The translations under genes were made by a program, and so were the position numbers. 64,000 nt of DNA from Gemmatimonadota bacterium (GTDB taxonomy: Bacteria > Gemmatimonadota > Gemmatimonadetes > Palauibacterales > Palauibacteraceae): contig OZ220691.1 in NCBI GenBank assembly GCA_965116475.1, positions 1,536,001 to 1,600,000 on the forward strand, given 5' to 3'. Numbering within the stretch: position 1 is the first letter of the stretch; the number at the start of each line of letters is the position of its first letter. This document shows positions 55,824 through 64,000 of the stretch, piece by piece. A model generated the notes under the pieces. The model saw only the letters and a program-made list of their open reading frames with translations, was not told the DNA's origin and made no database searches.

Positions 55824-58354
55824 CAGTCCTCCTGCGATCCCTGGCCTCGGTCGGCTCCCGGACTCTCCGCCTGCATGTCGTCGACCACGGCCTCGGTCCC
55901 CTTCAACCGGAACGCCGGGCTGTTGACCACGCCGAGGATGAACGCGGACATGCGGTGGTCCTGTTCGGCGGCCTGCCGCGCGATGGACCGCACGGTCGGC
56001 ATGTCGTAGTACTCGATCCGCCGGCCCAGCGCGTAGGCGAGCAGGTTCTCCGTGAACGCCCGCACGAGCGGCACCGGCCGCGCGAGAAGCGCCGTGCGCA
56101 GATCGGCCGCGCTCGTCACCGGCGTGCCGTCGTAGAGTTCGCCCTGCGCATCGATCGGCATCCCGCTGTCCTTGATGCGCCGCGCCCCGGTGCCGTCGAA
56201 GTATTCCAGCGCGAGACCGATCGGGTCGATGACGCGGTGGCACGAACGGCAGGCCGGGCTCGCCCGGTGCATCTCCAGCCGCTCCCGCACCGTGAGCAGG
56301 CGCCCCTCCTCGGCCTCCGGCGTCGCCTCCAGGTCGGAGACGTCCGGCGGGGGCGGAGGCGGAGGCGTCCCCAGCAACACCTCCATCACCCACTTCCCGC
56401 GCAGGACCGGGGACGTCCGGCTCGCGTGCGAGGTGAGGGTGAGGATGCTGCCGTGCCCCAGGACGCCGCGGCGCTCGGGTTCGGCGATCTCGACGCGCCG
56501 GAAGTCCGTCCCGGTCACGCCCGGGATCCCGTAGTGCCGCGCCAGGCGCTCGTTCACGAACGTGTAGTCGGCCGTCAGCAGTTCGAGCAGGCTCCGGTCT
56601 TCCTGCACGATCGTGTGGAAGAGCAGTTCCGTCTCGCGGTGCATCGCCTCCTTGAGCTGCTGGTCGAAGTCCGGATAGAGGCGGACGTCCGGGTTCATGC
56701 CCTCGAGGTCCTGCAGCCGGAACCACTGTCCCGCGAACCGCGTGGCCAGGGCTTCGGCGCGCGGATCGCCCAGCATCCGGCGTACCTGCGCGTCGAGCAC
56801 CTCCGGATCGGAGAGCCGGCCCTCCGCGGCAGTCTCCAGCAGTTCGTCGTCCGGGCCCGTGGCCCAGAGGAAGAAGGAGAGCCGCGAGGCGAGATCGTAG
56901 TCGTCCAGCGCGTACACCCCGTCCGCTTCGCGCGCGGGCCGCTCCTCGAAGCGGAATACGAAGTGCGGGCTGGCGAGAATCCCCTCGAGCGCGAGCCGGA
57001 CCCCTTCCTCGAACCCGCCCGCCTCGGCCCCGGCGCGGTACAGGTTCATGAGCGCGGCGAGGTTGTCGCCCGTCAGCGGCCGGCGGTAGGCCCTCGTCCC
57101 CAGGCGCGAGAGGATCGCCTCCGCGCACGTCGCCTCGTCCTCCGGCGTGGAGGGGCGGCACGAGAATACGCGGTCGCGGCTCGGCGTGGCCGACATCCCC
57201 GCCGGAGCGAAGGGGCCCGTGACCGCGAGGTCGCGCAGGTGCGGCAGCGTCGTGAACCCGTACGCGTCGGTGATGCTCGTGCTCGCGATCGACCAGTCGT
57301 GCGGCGACATCAGGTCCTGCGACGGCCCCTCGAAGGTGCGGATGAAGGCGGCCGCCACGCGGTGCGGCCCCGCCTCGATGAAGACGGGCTCCGTGCGGAG
57401 GTTCACGCCGTCGGGGTCGGAGACGTGCATCCAGCGATCGATGTCGAGCAGCGCGACGCGCTCGCCGTCGATCGAGACCTCGATCCGCTCGGGTTCGTCG
57501 GTCGTGTGCAGCGCGCCCTTGCCGTTCCCGAACAGGGCGCCGGTCGTCTCGTGATGGAAGGAGACGCGGAAGACGTACTCCCCGTCGGCCGGGAAGTTGT
57601 GGTCCACCGCGACGCCGCCCCGGCTGCCGTAGGGCGTGCCCTCGACGTGCTCCGCCTGCGAGGTCCAGCGCGACACCCGGAACGTGGCCTCGCTCGGCGT
57701 GACCTCCGGGTCCCCGATGGCGAGCCGGCTGATCTCGCTCGCCGCGCGCAGATACCCGTCCATCAGCGTCGGCGAGAGCAACTGCACGTCGGCGATGTTG
57801 TCGAAGTTCGCGCTCTTCGTGTCGAGCGGCAGGTAGTCCCCGGCGTCGATGTCCAGGTCGAGGAGATCGTAGATCGAACGCGAGTACTCGGCACGGTTCA
57901 GGCGCTGGAAGGTCCGCCGCCCCGGGTTCGGATTCGCCTCCCACGCCTGGTCCAGCCGGGACTCGAGGACGACCGCGAGGGTCCGGAGACTGTCAGGCGA
58001 CGGGCGGCGCACCCCGACGGGCGGCATCATCCCGGCCCGCAGCTTCCGCACCATCCGCTCCGCGATCGCCGCATTGTCGGCGGCCGAGGTCACCTCGAAG
58101 GTCTCGAGCGACATCCCCCCGCTGACGCGCCGGGGGTTGTGGCAGCGCCGACAGGTCTCGGCGACGACGCCCTGCGCAACTTCCACGGAGAACGTGTCGA
58201 CGGCGGCAGCCGGTGTCGGCGCGGTCAGCGCTGCGAGCGGCTGCGGCCAACTGGCTGGAGGATGCTCGGCACCCCGTGCCCCGCCGGCCGCTTGACCGAC
58301 GGCCGCACTCGGGAGAACAGCCGCTGCAACCAGCAACACAAGCGATGTTCGCAT
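55823..58354 (-). CDS. DUF1592/DUF1588/DUF1585-type multi-domain c-type cytochrome, copy 2
   Basis: Signal peptide; heme motifs CRRCH and CRSCH; RLNRAEY, LASRLSFFLW and RTSPVLRGKWV motifs. Confidence 0.88.
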   Translation of the reverse strand: MRTSLVLLVAAAVLPSAAVGQAAGGARGAEHPPASWPQPLAALTAPTPAAAVDTFSVEVAQGVVAETCRRCHNPRRVSGGMSLETFEVTSAADNAAIAERMVRKLRAGMMPPVGVRRPSPDSLRTLAVVLESRLDQAWEANPNPGRRTFQRLNRAEYSRSIYDLLDLDIDAGDYLPLDTKSANFDNIADVQLLSPTLMDGYLRAASEISRLAIGDPEVTPSEATFRVSRWTSQAEHVEGTPYGSRGGVAVDHNFPADGEYVFRVSFHHETTGALFGNGKGALHTTDEPERIEVSIDGERVALLDIDRWMHVSDPDGVNLRTEPVFIEAGPHRVAAAFIRTFEGPSQDLMSPHDWSIASTSITDAYGFTTLPHLRDLAVTGPFAPAGMSATPSRDRVFSCRPSTPEDEATCAEAILSRLGTRAYRRPLTGDNLAALMNLYRAGAEAGGFEEGVRLALEGILASPHFVFRFEERPAREADGVYALDDYDLASRLSFFLWATGPDDELLETAAEGRLSDPEVLDAQVRRMLGDPRAEALATRFAGQWFRLQDLEGMNPDVRLYPDFDQQLKEAMHRETELLFHTIVQEDRSLLELLTADYTFVNERLARHYGIPGVTGTDFRRVEIAEPERRGVLGHGSILTLTSHASRTSPVLRGKWVMEVLLGTPPPPPPPDVSDLEATPEAEEGRLLTVRERLEMHRASPACRSCHRVIDPIGLALEYFDGTGARRIKDSGMPIDAQGELYDGTPVTSAADLRTALLARPVPLVRAFTENLLAYALGRRIEYYDMPTVRSIARQAAEQDHRMSAFILGVVNSPAFRLKGTEAVVDDMQAESPGADRGQGSQED

Positions 58355-58479
58355 GGCCGAAGCCTCTTCCGGGCAACCGCGTCGCACCCCACGGGGCGCA
58401 AGGATACATCAACGACACACCAACTTGAAAATGTACCATCGACGCAGATCGCCCGGCCAGCCGGATACAGCGAGAGGGA

Positions 58480-59715
58480 TCAGCCGCAACCGGACGGAAG
58501 AGGGAGGATCTCGAGGGCCTCGTGTCGCTCGAGCGCGTGCACCTGCACGAATTGTCGGCCGAGTTCATCCGTCCGGACGGCGGTTAGGGCCTCCGCCGAT
58601 ATGTCCAGCACGCGAAGGCCTTCGGGCAACCGCACGGTCCCGATCCCCCGGCCGGTCTCCGCGAAGACCCGCCACTCCGGACTGCCCGGGCCATCGGGAA
58701 GCTGCCAGGACTGGACCCAGATGTATCCCAGTTCGTCCACGATGAGGTCGTTGGCGAACGGAACCCGCTCCGCCATCCCGACCGCTTCCCCCATCACCTC
58801 GATCATCCGGGCCGCCTCCGGAACGATCTCGCCGCCCATTGCGCGTCCGGCGGCCGCGACCGACGCCGCGACCCACCGCTCTCGGTGTTCCTCCGTCACG
58901 CGGTCGACCGGGATGTCGAGGCGCAATTCACCCCGCCGGGTTCCTGTTTGGTGAAAGATCTGTACGACGGGTTCGTCACCGGCGGCGAGCAGGAGGCAGT
59001 TGCCCCGGACAGCGCTGAGGGCTCGCGGCGAGAACAGCGCACCGCGCATCCCGGACATTCCGTCGACGACAAACTGTGAACTGAGGCTCCCCGGGACGCG
59101 AGCCAGCACCTCGCCGACCACGCCGTGCTGGTCCAGCCGGTGGAAGCCGACCGTATCCCGGCCCACGCCGCCCGGATCCGCGGCGACGATGCGGTCCCCC
59201 TCGCGGGCGAACCAGCTGCCGTCCGCGAATCGTCCAACTTCGCCGATCCGCCGGGCCGCGCCCGTACGGCTCAGCCTCGCGTCGTCCGACAGCGATCCGT
59301 CGAACGTCCACTCCGACAGCCGCTGGTGTTGACGATCGAAAGCGACAACCCGACCCTCCCCACTCGCCACAATGCCTGCCAACGTCCGGAATTCGCCGGG
59401 ACCATCGCCCGCGCGCCCCATGGTGGCCAAGACGCTTCCATCGACGGCAAGGATCGTGATCGTCGCGAAGGTTTGATCCGCTACGGCGATGCTCTCATTC
59501 GGTCCCCGGACGACACCGACGACAGCGGAGAACTCGCTGTCCGGCTCCCCCTCCAGCCATCCGTATGCGCGCTCGGGCTGCGAATCCACGATCCAGCGGG
59601 AGGCGACACCCACAGCGTCCTGGGCGCTGGCTCCGCCCCGAATCGTGCCCGATCCCGCCGCCAGCAGCAGAGCGGCCACCATCCCGGGGTGGCCCGCAGT
59701 CAGGGGGGATCGCAA
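58480..59715 (-). CDS. Secreted 6-bladed beta-propeller protein
   Basis: MGRAGDGPGEF, VDELGYIWV and DELGRQFV motifs; signal peptide ending ASA-Q. Start uncertain (TTG 59715 or ATG 59682). Confidence 0.75.
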   Translation of the reverse strand: MRSPLTAGHPGMVAALLLAAGSGTIRGGASAQDAVGVASRWIVDSQPERAYGWLEGEPDSEFSAVVGVVRGPNESIAVADQTFATITILAVDGSVLATMGRAGDGPGEFRTLAGIVASGEGRVVAFDRQHQRLSEWTFDGSLSDDARLSRTGAARRIGEVGRFADGSWFAREGDRIVAADPGGVGRDTVGFHRLDQHGVVGEVLARVPGSLSSQFVVDGMSGMRGALFSPRALSAVRGNCLLLAAGDEPVVQIFHQTGTRRGELRLDIPVDRVTEEHRERWVAASVAAAGRAMGGEIVPEAARMIEVMGEAVGMAERVPFANDLIVDELGYIWVQSWQLPDGPGSPEWRVFAETGRGIGTVRLPEGLRVLDISAEALTAVRTDELGRQFVQVHALERHEALEILPLPSGCG

Positions 59716-60374
59716 CAGGCAATACCCTGCTTCGGCCGCGCGGGTGCCCAGTCGCGCTTGCGACGCCAGAGGGCGGCGGCAACCACGACGAACGATGTCG
59801 ACCATAGCCAGAAGCCGACGTCCGGATAGAGTCCCATGCCTCCGTCAGCGACCCGGAGAAGGCCGATACCGAGCGGCCATGCACCCGTCGCCCCCACCAG
59901 CCACGCCAGCCACAGCTTTCGCAGTGGACGTGGGCGCCACAGCGCGGGAAGGGTCAGGAGCATGATCAGATTCGTGAGCCAAAACATGACGTGCCCACCC
60001 GCGGGAAGCTGCATCAACAGTTCGTACCCGTAGATCGTCGGATCGGCATCGGGTCGGGACGGGATCCCACCCGGAACCCCCCAGGCGGGGAGGAGAAACG
60101 ATGCCGCGTAGAGAGCCCAGCCCGTCAGGAAGAGGCGACGCCAGCGGGGCCATCCGGCCCTCGCGAACTCCCTCGAAATGGCCTTGGGCTCGCCGAGTGC
60201 GGACACCGCCGTGGTGAACGCCCTCGCGGGTGTCAGCGCGGGGTTCAGGTCCAGTTCGAGGGTGACTCGGGCGCGGAGGTGGTCTTCGAGTTCATCCAGC
60301 TCGCGGACCGACAGCGACGACCCGCGTTCCACCCCCGTCCGCCACTTCAGGACTTCCGTGTCCAGTTCAAACAT
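59700..60374 (-). CDS. Permease prefix domain 1 membrane protein (copy B)
   Basis: W...LS.RELDELEDHLR...LGEP..I.REF N-terminal domain followed by about 4 TM helices. Confidence 0.8.
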   Translation of the reverse strand: MFELDTEVLKWRTGVERGSSLSVRELDELEDHLRARVTLELDLNPALTPARAFTTAVSALGEPKAISREFARAGWPRWRRLFLTGWALYAASFLLPAWGVPGGIPSRPDADPTIYGYELLMQLPAGGHVMFWLTNLIMLLTLPALWRPRPLRKLWLAWLVGATGAWPLGIGLLRVADGGMGLYPDVGFWLWSTSFVVVAAALWRRKRDWAPARPKQGIACCDPP

Positions 60375-60387
60375 GACGGATGCCGGG

Positions 60388-61035
60388 CTATGCGATGCTT
60401 TTCTTCGGGCGGGCGGATGCCCAGCCGCGACGGCGGAGCCACAGGGCGGCGGAGGCGAGTACGAAGGAGGCGGCCCACGCCCAATAGCCGGGACGCAAGG
60501 CGGCCAGCGCACCGGGACCGTCCGAGATGAACGCGGCCGCGCCGAATCCGAAGGTCGATGCGCCGATGACTCCGAGGATCCCCGCGAGCCATGTGCCCTT
60601 TAATCGAGGCTTGCGCCAAATGAGAGGCAGCATCAGGAGCATCGGCAAGTTCAGGGGCAGCAGCTCGATGTCGGCAAGCAGCTCGTACCCGCGCGGTACC
60701 CAGGCTTCGAAGCCCCACGACGTCGGAAGCAGTTCCAGGCGGAGCACCGGCAGCAGTAGCGAAGCCGAGTAGAGGGCCAAAGCTCCGGCAAGCAGGAGCT
60801 TCCATCGGGGGCGGCCGGCGCGGGCGAACTCCCTGGCGAGCGCCTTCGGTTCGCCGAGGTCTCGCCGGGCGATCGCGAAGGCTTCCGTCGGGGCCAGGGC
60901 GGCGTCCAACTCCAGTTCCAGGTCGACGCGGGCGCGCAGGTGATCTTCGAGTTCATCCAGTTCGCGAGGCGAGAGCGACGACCTGCGATCCAGTGCGCTC
61001 CGCCACCGTCGGACCTCGTTTTCGAACTCAAACAT
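60388..61035 (-). CDS. Permease prefix domain 1 membrane protein (copy A)
   Basis: MFEFENEVRRWR..LSPRELDELEDHLR..LGEPKALAREF followed by about 4 TM helices; overlaps the padR stop. Confidence 0.82.
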   Translation of the reverse strand: MFEFENEVRRWRSALDRRSSLSPRELDELEDHLRARVDLELELDAALAPTEAFAIARRDLGEPKALAREFARAGRPRWKLLLAGALALYSASLLLPVLRLELLPTSWGFEAWVPRGYELLADIELLPLNLPMLLMLPLIWRKPRLKGTWLAGILGVIGASTFGFGAAAFISDGPGALAALRPGYWAWAASFVLASAALWLRRRGWASARPKKSIA

Positions 61036-61369
61036 GGCTGCCTCCCCAGGACATCTGGAGGGCTCCGTATACGGCCCGCCAACTCTCCCGATCGGTTGAG
61101 AGCTGTCGCTTCCCGCGGCCTGTCAACCGGTAGTACTTGCGACGTCGCCCCGCGTCGGTGAGTTGCCAGCGGCCCTTGATGAGTCCGTCACGCTCCAGCC
61201 TGTGAAGCACGGGGTAGAGCATTCCGTCGGACCACTCGAGTTCGCCGCCGGAGAGCAACTGGACCTGCTTGAGAATCTCGTACCCGTACGTTTCGCCGCC
61301 CGCCAGGATGGAGAGCACCATCGGGCGCGATGACGCCGCCACGAGTTCCTTGTACACCGGCTTCTTCAT
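61028..61369 (-). CDS. PadR family transcriptional regulator (short subfamily)
   Basis: LSIL..ETYGYEI, GMLYPVLHRLE and RRKYYRLTGRG motifs; 113 aa. Confidence 0.92.
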   Translation of the reverse strand: MKKPVYKELVAASSRPMVLSILAGGETYGYEILKQVQLLSGGELEWSDGMLYPVLHRLERDGLIKGRWQLTDAGRRRKYYRLTGRGKRQLSTDRESWRAVYGALQMSWGGSHV

Positions 61370-61424
61370 CCGGAGACCCCCCTCGCACCTGAAACCGGAC
61401 ACGAGATACCATGAGATATTATGT

Positions 61425-61441
61425 ACCTTGTACTACAAGGT
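61425..61441. promoter_or_regulatory. Candidate PadR operator ACCTTG-N5-CAAGGT (copy 1)
   Basis: accttgtactacaaggt with perfect 8-bp arms, about 55 bp upstream of padR; second copy at 63611-63629. Confidence 0.7.
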
Positions 61442-61454
61442 GTACGGAAGGATG

Positions 61455-61600
61455 GTTCCACGCAAGGGCATGTTTCACGCAAGGGCATTTCGCGCGGGAG
61501 CCTTGATCGGACGTTCCCGCGGGAACGTCTGGGGCGATCGGTCGCCCAACCGGTTCGGCCAGTCGCGCAACTGGCGGGGTCGGACGTTCCCGCGGGAACG
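61455..61600. repeat. Structured intergenic repeat cluster
   Basis: 17-bp tandem gtt(c/t)cacgcaagggcat x2; palindromes gacgttcccgcgggaacgtc (61510-61529) and cgttcccgcgggaacg (61585-61600) flank two short hairpins. Confidence 0.7.
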
Positions 61601-61613
61601 CCCTGGAATGGCG

Positions 61614-63554
61614 TCAGGGCGTCGGGAGCGGGATGGACGCCACGGACGGACGATCGAACTCATCCCGGGACACGCCCCAGATGCGGGAGGGCGTGAAGCG
61701 AAGCGCGTCGAAGCGGTCGGGGAGCCGCACTTCGCGCGCGACGCCATCGGGCTCGATGCGCAGCCACATGGGGCCGCCGCTCAAGCCGCCCGCGTCGAGA
61801 TCGAGGGGGCGCAGCCACATCGTCCCGTCCTCGCTGCAACGGAAATCCACGTAGCGGGGGAGGTAGCTCGCGAGTTCGTGCGGCGCTCCCTGCACCATGT
61901 CGGCCATCTGATTCACGAGCCGAAGGCTGTCCTCCGGGGTCAGCCGGGTCGCGACATCGCCCGTCACCTCCGCCTGCCTGAGGGCGAACACCGCGCCGGC
62001 GAACTGTCGCGGACTGGCCTCGGTGAAGGGTACGGGCGGAAGGTCGATGGGGCCGACCTCGGCGCCGGATCCGTCGAACCCGCGCAGCTGATTCCGGACC
62101 CGGTCGTACACGCGCACGAGATTCTCGCCGCAGGGAGCCCACAACCGGTACCACAGGGGAAAACCGCCGTCGCTCTGGATGAAGCCTCCGGACGGATCGT
62201 CCAGGACATCGCCGAGCGCCACGAGGGTGCGCGTCCCGCCGGTCTCCGGATCCACGGCCACCAGGTCGGCTCCGAGCAGCCCGTATCGGAACTGCAGCAC
62301 GCCCCCGTCCATCGTCGCGGTCGAGTGGGGCACGACGATCTCGCGGCCCAGCCGTGCCGTCCGGACCGACGGGTCCAGCATGCTCATGCCGCTCCGCACG
62401 GTGCCCCGGGGGATCGCCGTCGACACGAGCGAGAACTGCTCCGCGGCGTCGCCGGGCCGCGAGATGCGGATCAGCGCGTGGTGCAGGAGGTCGAGGACCC
62501 ACGCCTCGCCCGCCCATCCTCCCGCGACGAAGGCCGAGGGCATCGGGAATTCGTCAGGTCCCCCTCCGGGCGATCCGTGAGCGCCGAGCGACTCGCCATC
62601 CGCCCCGAATCCCATGAAGTAAGGCTCCTGAGAGTTCAGAACCCAGACGGAGCCGTCGTCCAGGACTTCGAGGTCCCGGACCACGGCGAGGGAGTCGGAG
62701 GTCCCGAGCACCTCGATGGCCGCCGCCGACAGGTCGAGCGGCGCACCGAGGTCGCCGGCAGAGTCATCGCCGCCGGAAGCGCCGTCACACGCGAAGAACG
62801 CCACGCCCACCAGCACGGCCGCGGAGCCCCGACACGCCCGAGCGATCCGCCTCAGTCGGGCCGGCTCGAACAATCCGTAGCTGCCGTGGCACGCGGAGGC
62901 CCACTCGCGGCTGCGAAGCAGGAGGGCTGCTGCCACCAGGACATGCGCTCCGGACCATGCCCAGTACCCTGGGCCGAGATACGGAAAAGCCGTGATCTCC
63001 CCGGCGATGGTGACGGTTGCTCGGTCGAGGAGGCTGACCACGCCGAATCCGAGGGCCGAGACGCCAAACGCGCCGATGGTCCAGGTGAGCCATCGCAGTC
63101 TCGATCGCCACGAATACAGGAGGGCCGGCAAGGTCATGGCCATGGCCAGATTTGGGATCAGAGGGAGAATCCAGCCGTCCACAAAGGCTTGGTGCAACCA
63201 TTCGTGCGCGGGAGCCGACCACGGCACTTGAGTGTACACGGTTTGAAGCGCCGCGGGCCCGGCAATCGGCAGAAGAAACGACAGCCCGTACATCGCCCAA
63301 CCCGCCAGCAGGAGATATCGCCACCAGGACCGTCCGGCCCTGGCGAACTCCTTTGCAAGCGCCGCCGACGCGCCCAGGCCTTCCCGCGCGATCACCAGCG
63401 CACGGTACGGCGAAAGATCCGGGTTCAGTTCCAGCTCCCGATCGACGCGCGCACGCAAGTGGTCTTCGAGTTCATCCAGTTCCCGGGGCGAAAGGGACAA
63501 CCTGCGTTCGAGACGCTTGCGCCAATTCCTGATCCCGGTCTCCAGCTCCAGCAC
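61614..63554 (-). CDS. Fusion ORF: permease prefix domain 1 + TM helices + lipoprotein-like signal + 6-bladed beta-propeller
   Basis: GTG after GGAG; LSPRELDELEDHLR domain and TM region; no stop before RRIARACRGSAAVLVGVAFFAC; HGSPGGGPDEF and RDEFDRP propeller motifs. Confidence 0.75.
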   Translation of the reverse strand: MLELETGIRNWRKRLERRLSLSPRELDELEDHLRARVDRELELNPDLSPYRALVIAREGLGASAALAKEFARAGRSWWRYLLLAGWAMYGLSFLLPIAGPAALQTVYTQVPWSAPAHEWLHQAFVDGWILPLIPNLAMAMTLPALLYSWRSRLRWLTWTIGAFGVSALGFGVVSLLDRATVTIAGEITAFPYLGPGYWAWSGAHVLVAAALLLRSREWASACHGSYGLFEPARLRRIARACRGSAAVLVGVAFFACDGASGGDDSAGDLGAPLDLSAAAIEVLGTSDSLAVVRDLEVLDDGSVWVLNSQEPYFMGFGADGESLGAHGSPGGGPDEFPMPSAFVAGGWAGEAWVLDLLHHALIRISRPGDAAEQFSLVSTAIPRGTVRSGMSMLDPSVRTARLGREIVVPHSTATMDGGVLQFRYGLLGADLVAVDPETGGTRTLVALGDVLDDPSGGFIQSDGGFPLWYRLWAPCGENLVRVYDRVRNQLRGFDGSGAEVGPIDLPPVPFTEASPRQFAGAVFALRQAEVTGDVATRLTPEDSLRLVNQMADMVQGAPHELASYLPRYVDFRCSEDGTMWLRPLDLDAGGLSGGPMWLRIEPDGVAREVRLPDRFDALRFTPSRIWGVSRDEFDRPSVASIPLPTP

Positions 63555-63610
63555 AGCTGATTTCTCCACTCGACCCCCGACTTGGGTGACGCATACCACG
63601 AAGTACAATG

Positions 63611-63629
63611 TACCTTGAGATACAAGGTA
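63611..63629. promoter_or_regulatory. Candidate PadR operator (copy 2)
   Basis: taccttgagatacaaggta, about 56 bp upstream of the fusion gene start; same atgtaccttg context as copy 1. Confidence 0.7.
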
Positions 63630-63693
63630 TGAGTATTGGAGAATCCGGCAAGAGCGTCCTACCGGTCAAGAGCCTCCGAACTGACGCCGTTGT

Positions 63694-64000
63694 TCAGAGG
63701 CCGAGGTCGATCAGGACCTTGCCGAGGGGGCCGGATTCCACGGCTTCGTGGGCGGCGACGATGTTCTCGAGCGCGAAGCGGTCCGCGACGGTGTGGCGCA
63801 GTTCTCCCTCGGTGAGCCACTTCGTGAGGTCTTCCACCGCTTTCTGCTTCGCCTCTTCGGGCATGAGGAAGACGAGTTCGAAGCGCACGGTGAGGTTCTT
63901 GTAGAGGAGGGTGTAGAAGGGGACGGCCGGCTCGGGCTGGCCCTCCGAGGCGTAGGCGGAGATCACGCCGTTCGCCTTCAGCATCGCGATCGAGGCGTCG
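63694..64000 (-). CDS. NADPH:quinone reductase (zeta-crystallin / MDR family), C-terminal part only
   Basis: GVISAYAS..P.VPFY, RFALENIVAAHEAVESG..GKVLI C-terminal MDR pattern; frame runs off the window edge. Confidence 0.8.
   Translation of the reverse strand, partial: DASIAMLKANGVISAYASEGQPEPAVPFYTLLYKNLTVRFELVFLMPEEAKQKAVEDLTKWLTEGELRHTVADRFALENIVAAHEAVESGPLGKVLIDLGL

Noticed and set aside
40335..58954. Very long Arg/Gly/Ala-rich ORFs (for example 40335-43889 minus, 55955-58954 plus)
   Set aside because: These are typical stop-poor shadow frames of high-GC genes, with no motifs and full overlap with well-supported CDSs.
1..64000. rRNA, tRNA, riboswitch, prophage, integrase or IS elements
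   Set aside because: None recognisable by eye. An Infernal/Rfam and tRNAscan run would be needed to exclude small RNAs in the intergenic regions 41528-41756, 47752-47981 and 61442-61613.

Overview
GC-rich bacterial chromosomal window (roughly 70% GC by eye) with about 45 real genes; most other six-frame ORFs are antisense shadows. I found no rRNA, tRNA, CRISPR array, integrase or transposase. The gene repertoire resembles a Gemmatimonadota-type, probably marine or host-associated organism; this is inference, as there is no marker gene here. That repertoire includes many lipoproteins, secreted peptidases and amidohydrolases, choice-of-anchor B proteins, a barrel-less TonB-plug protein, DUF1592/DUF1552/ankyrin operons, 6-bladed propellers, PadR with permease-prefix proteins, plant-type LRR proteins and taurine catabolism. 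Main contents: (1) an xsc-tpa taurine operon ending in a Tat-less reductive-dehalogenase-like B12/Fe-S gene, with a divergent AGCS symporter; (2) an ABC exporter with a duplicated permease and visible recombination scars; (3) two paralogous c-heme DUF1592-DUF1552-ankyrin operons, one followed by a PAL-like lyase and the other by an acyl-CoA synthetase/PanE-like reductase pair; (4) tandem LRR-metzincin lipoproteins; (5) dinJ-yafQ and vapBC toxin-antitoxin pairs and an AAA/DUF4143 gene behind a phased TTGCA array; (6) an islet with an 82-aa secreted Cys peptide, a propeller lipoprotein and 21-bp phased promoter repeats; (7) a PadR / permease-prefix / propeller locus with a duplicated operator and a fusion gene. 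Short tandem micro-duplications are frequent. Family names come from recognising motifs by eye, not from database searches. Many start codons were moved from the ORF track to RBS- or signal-peptide-supported positions.
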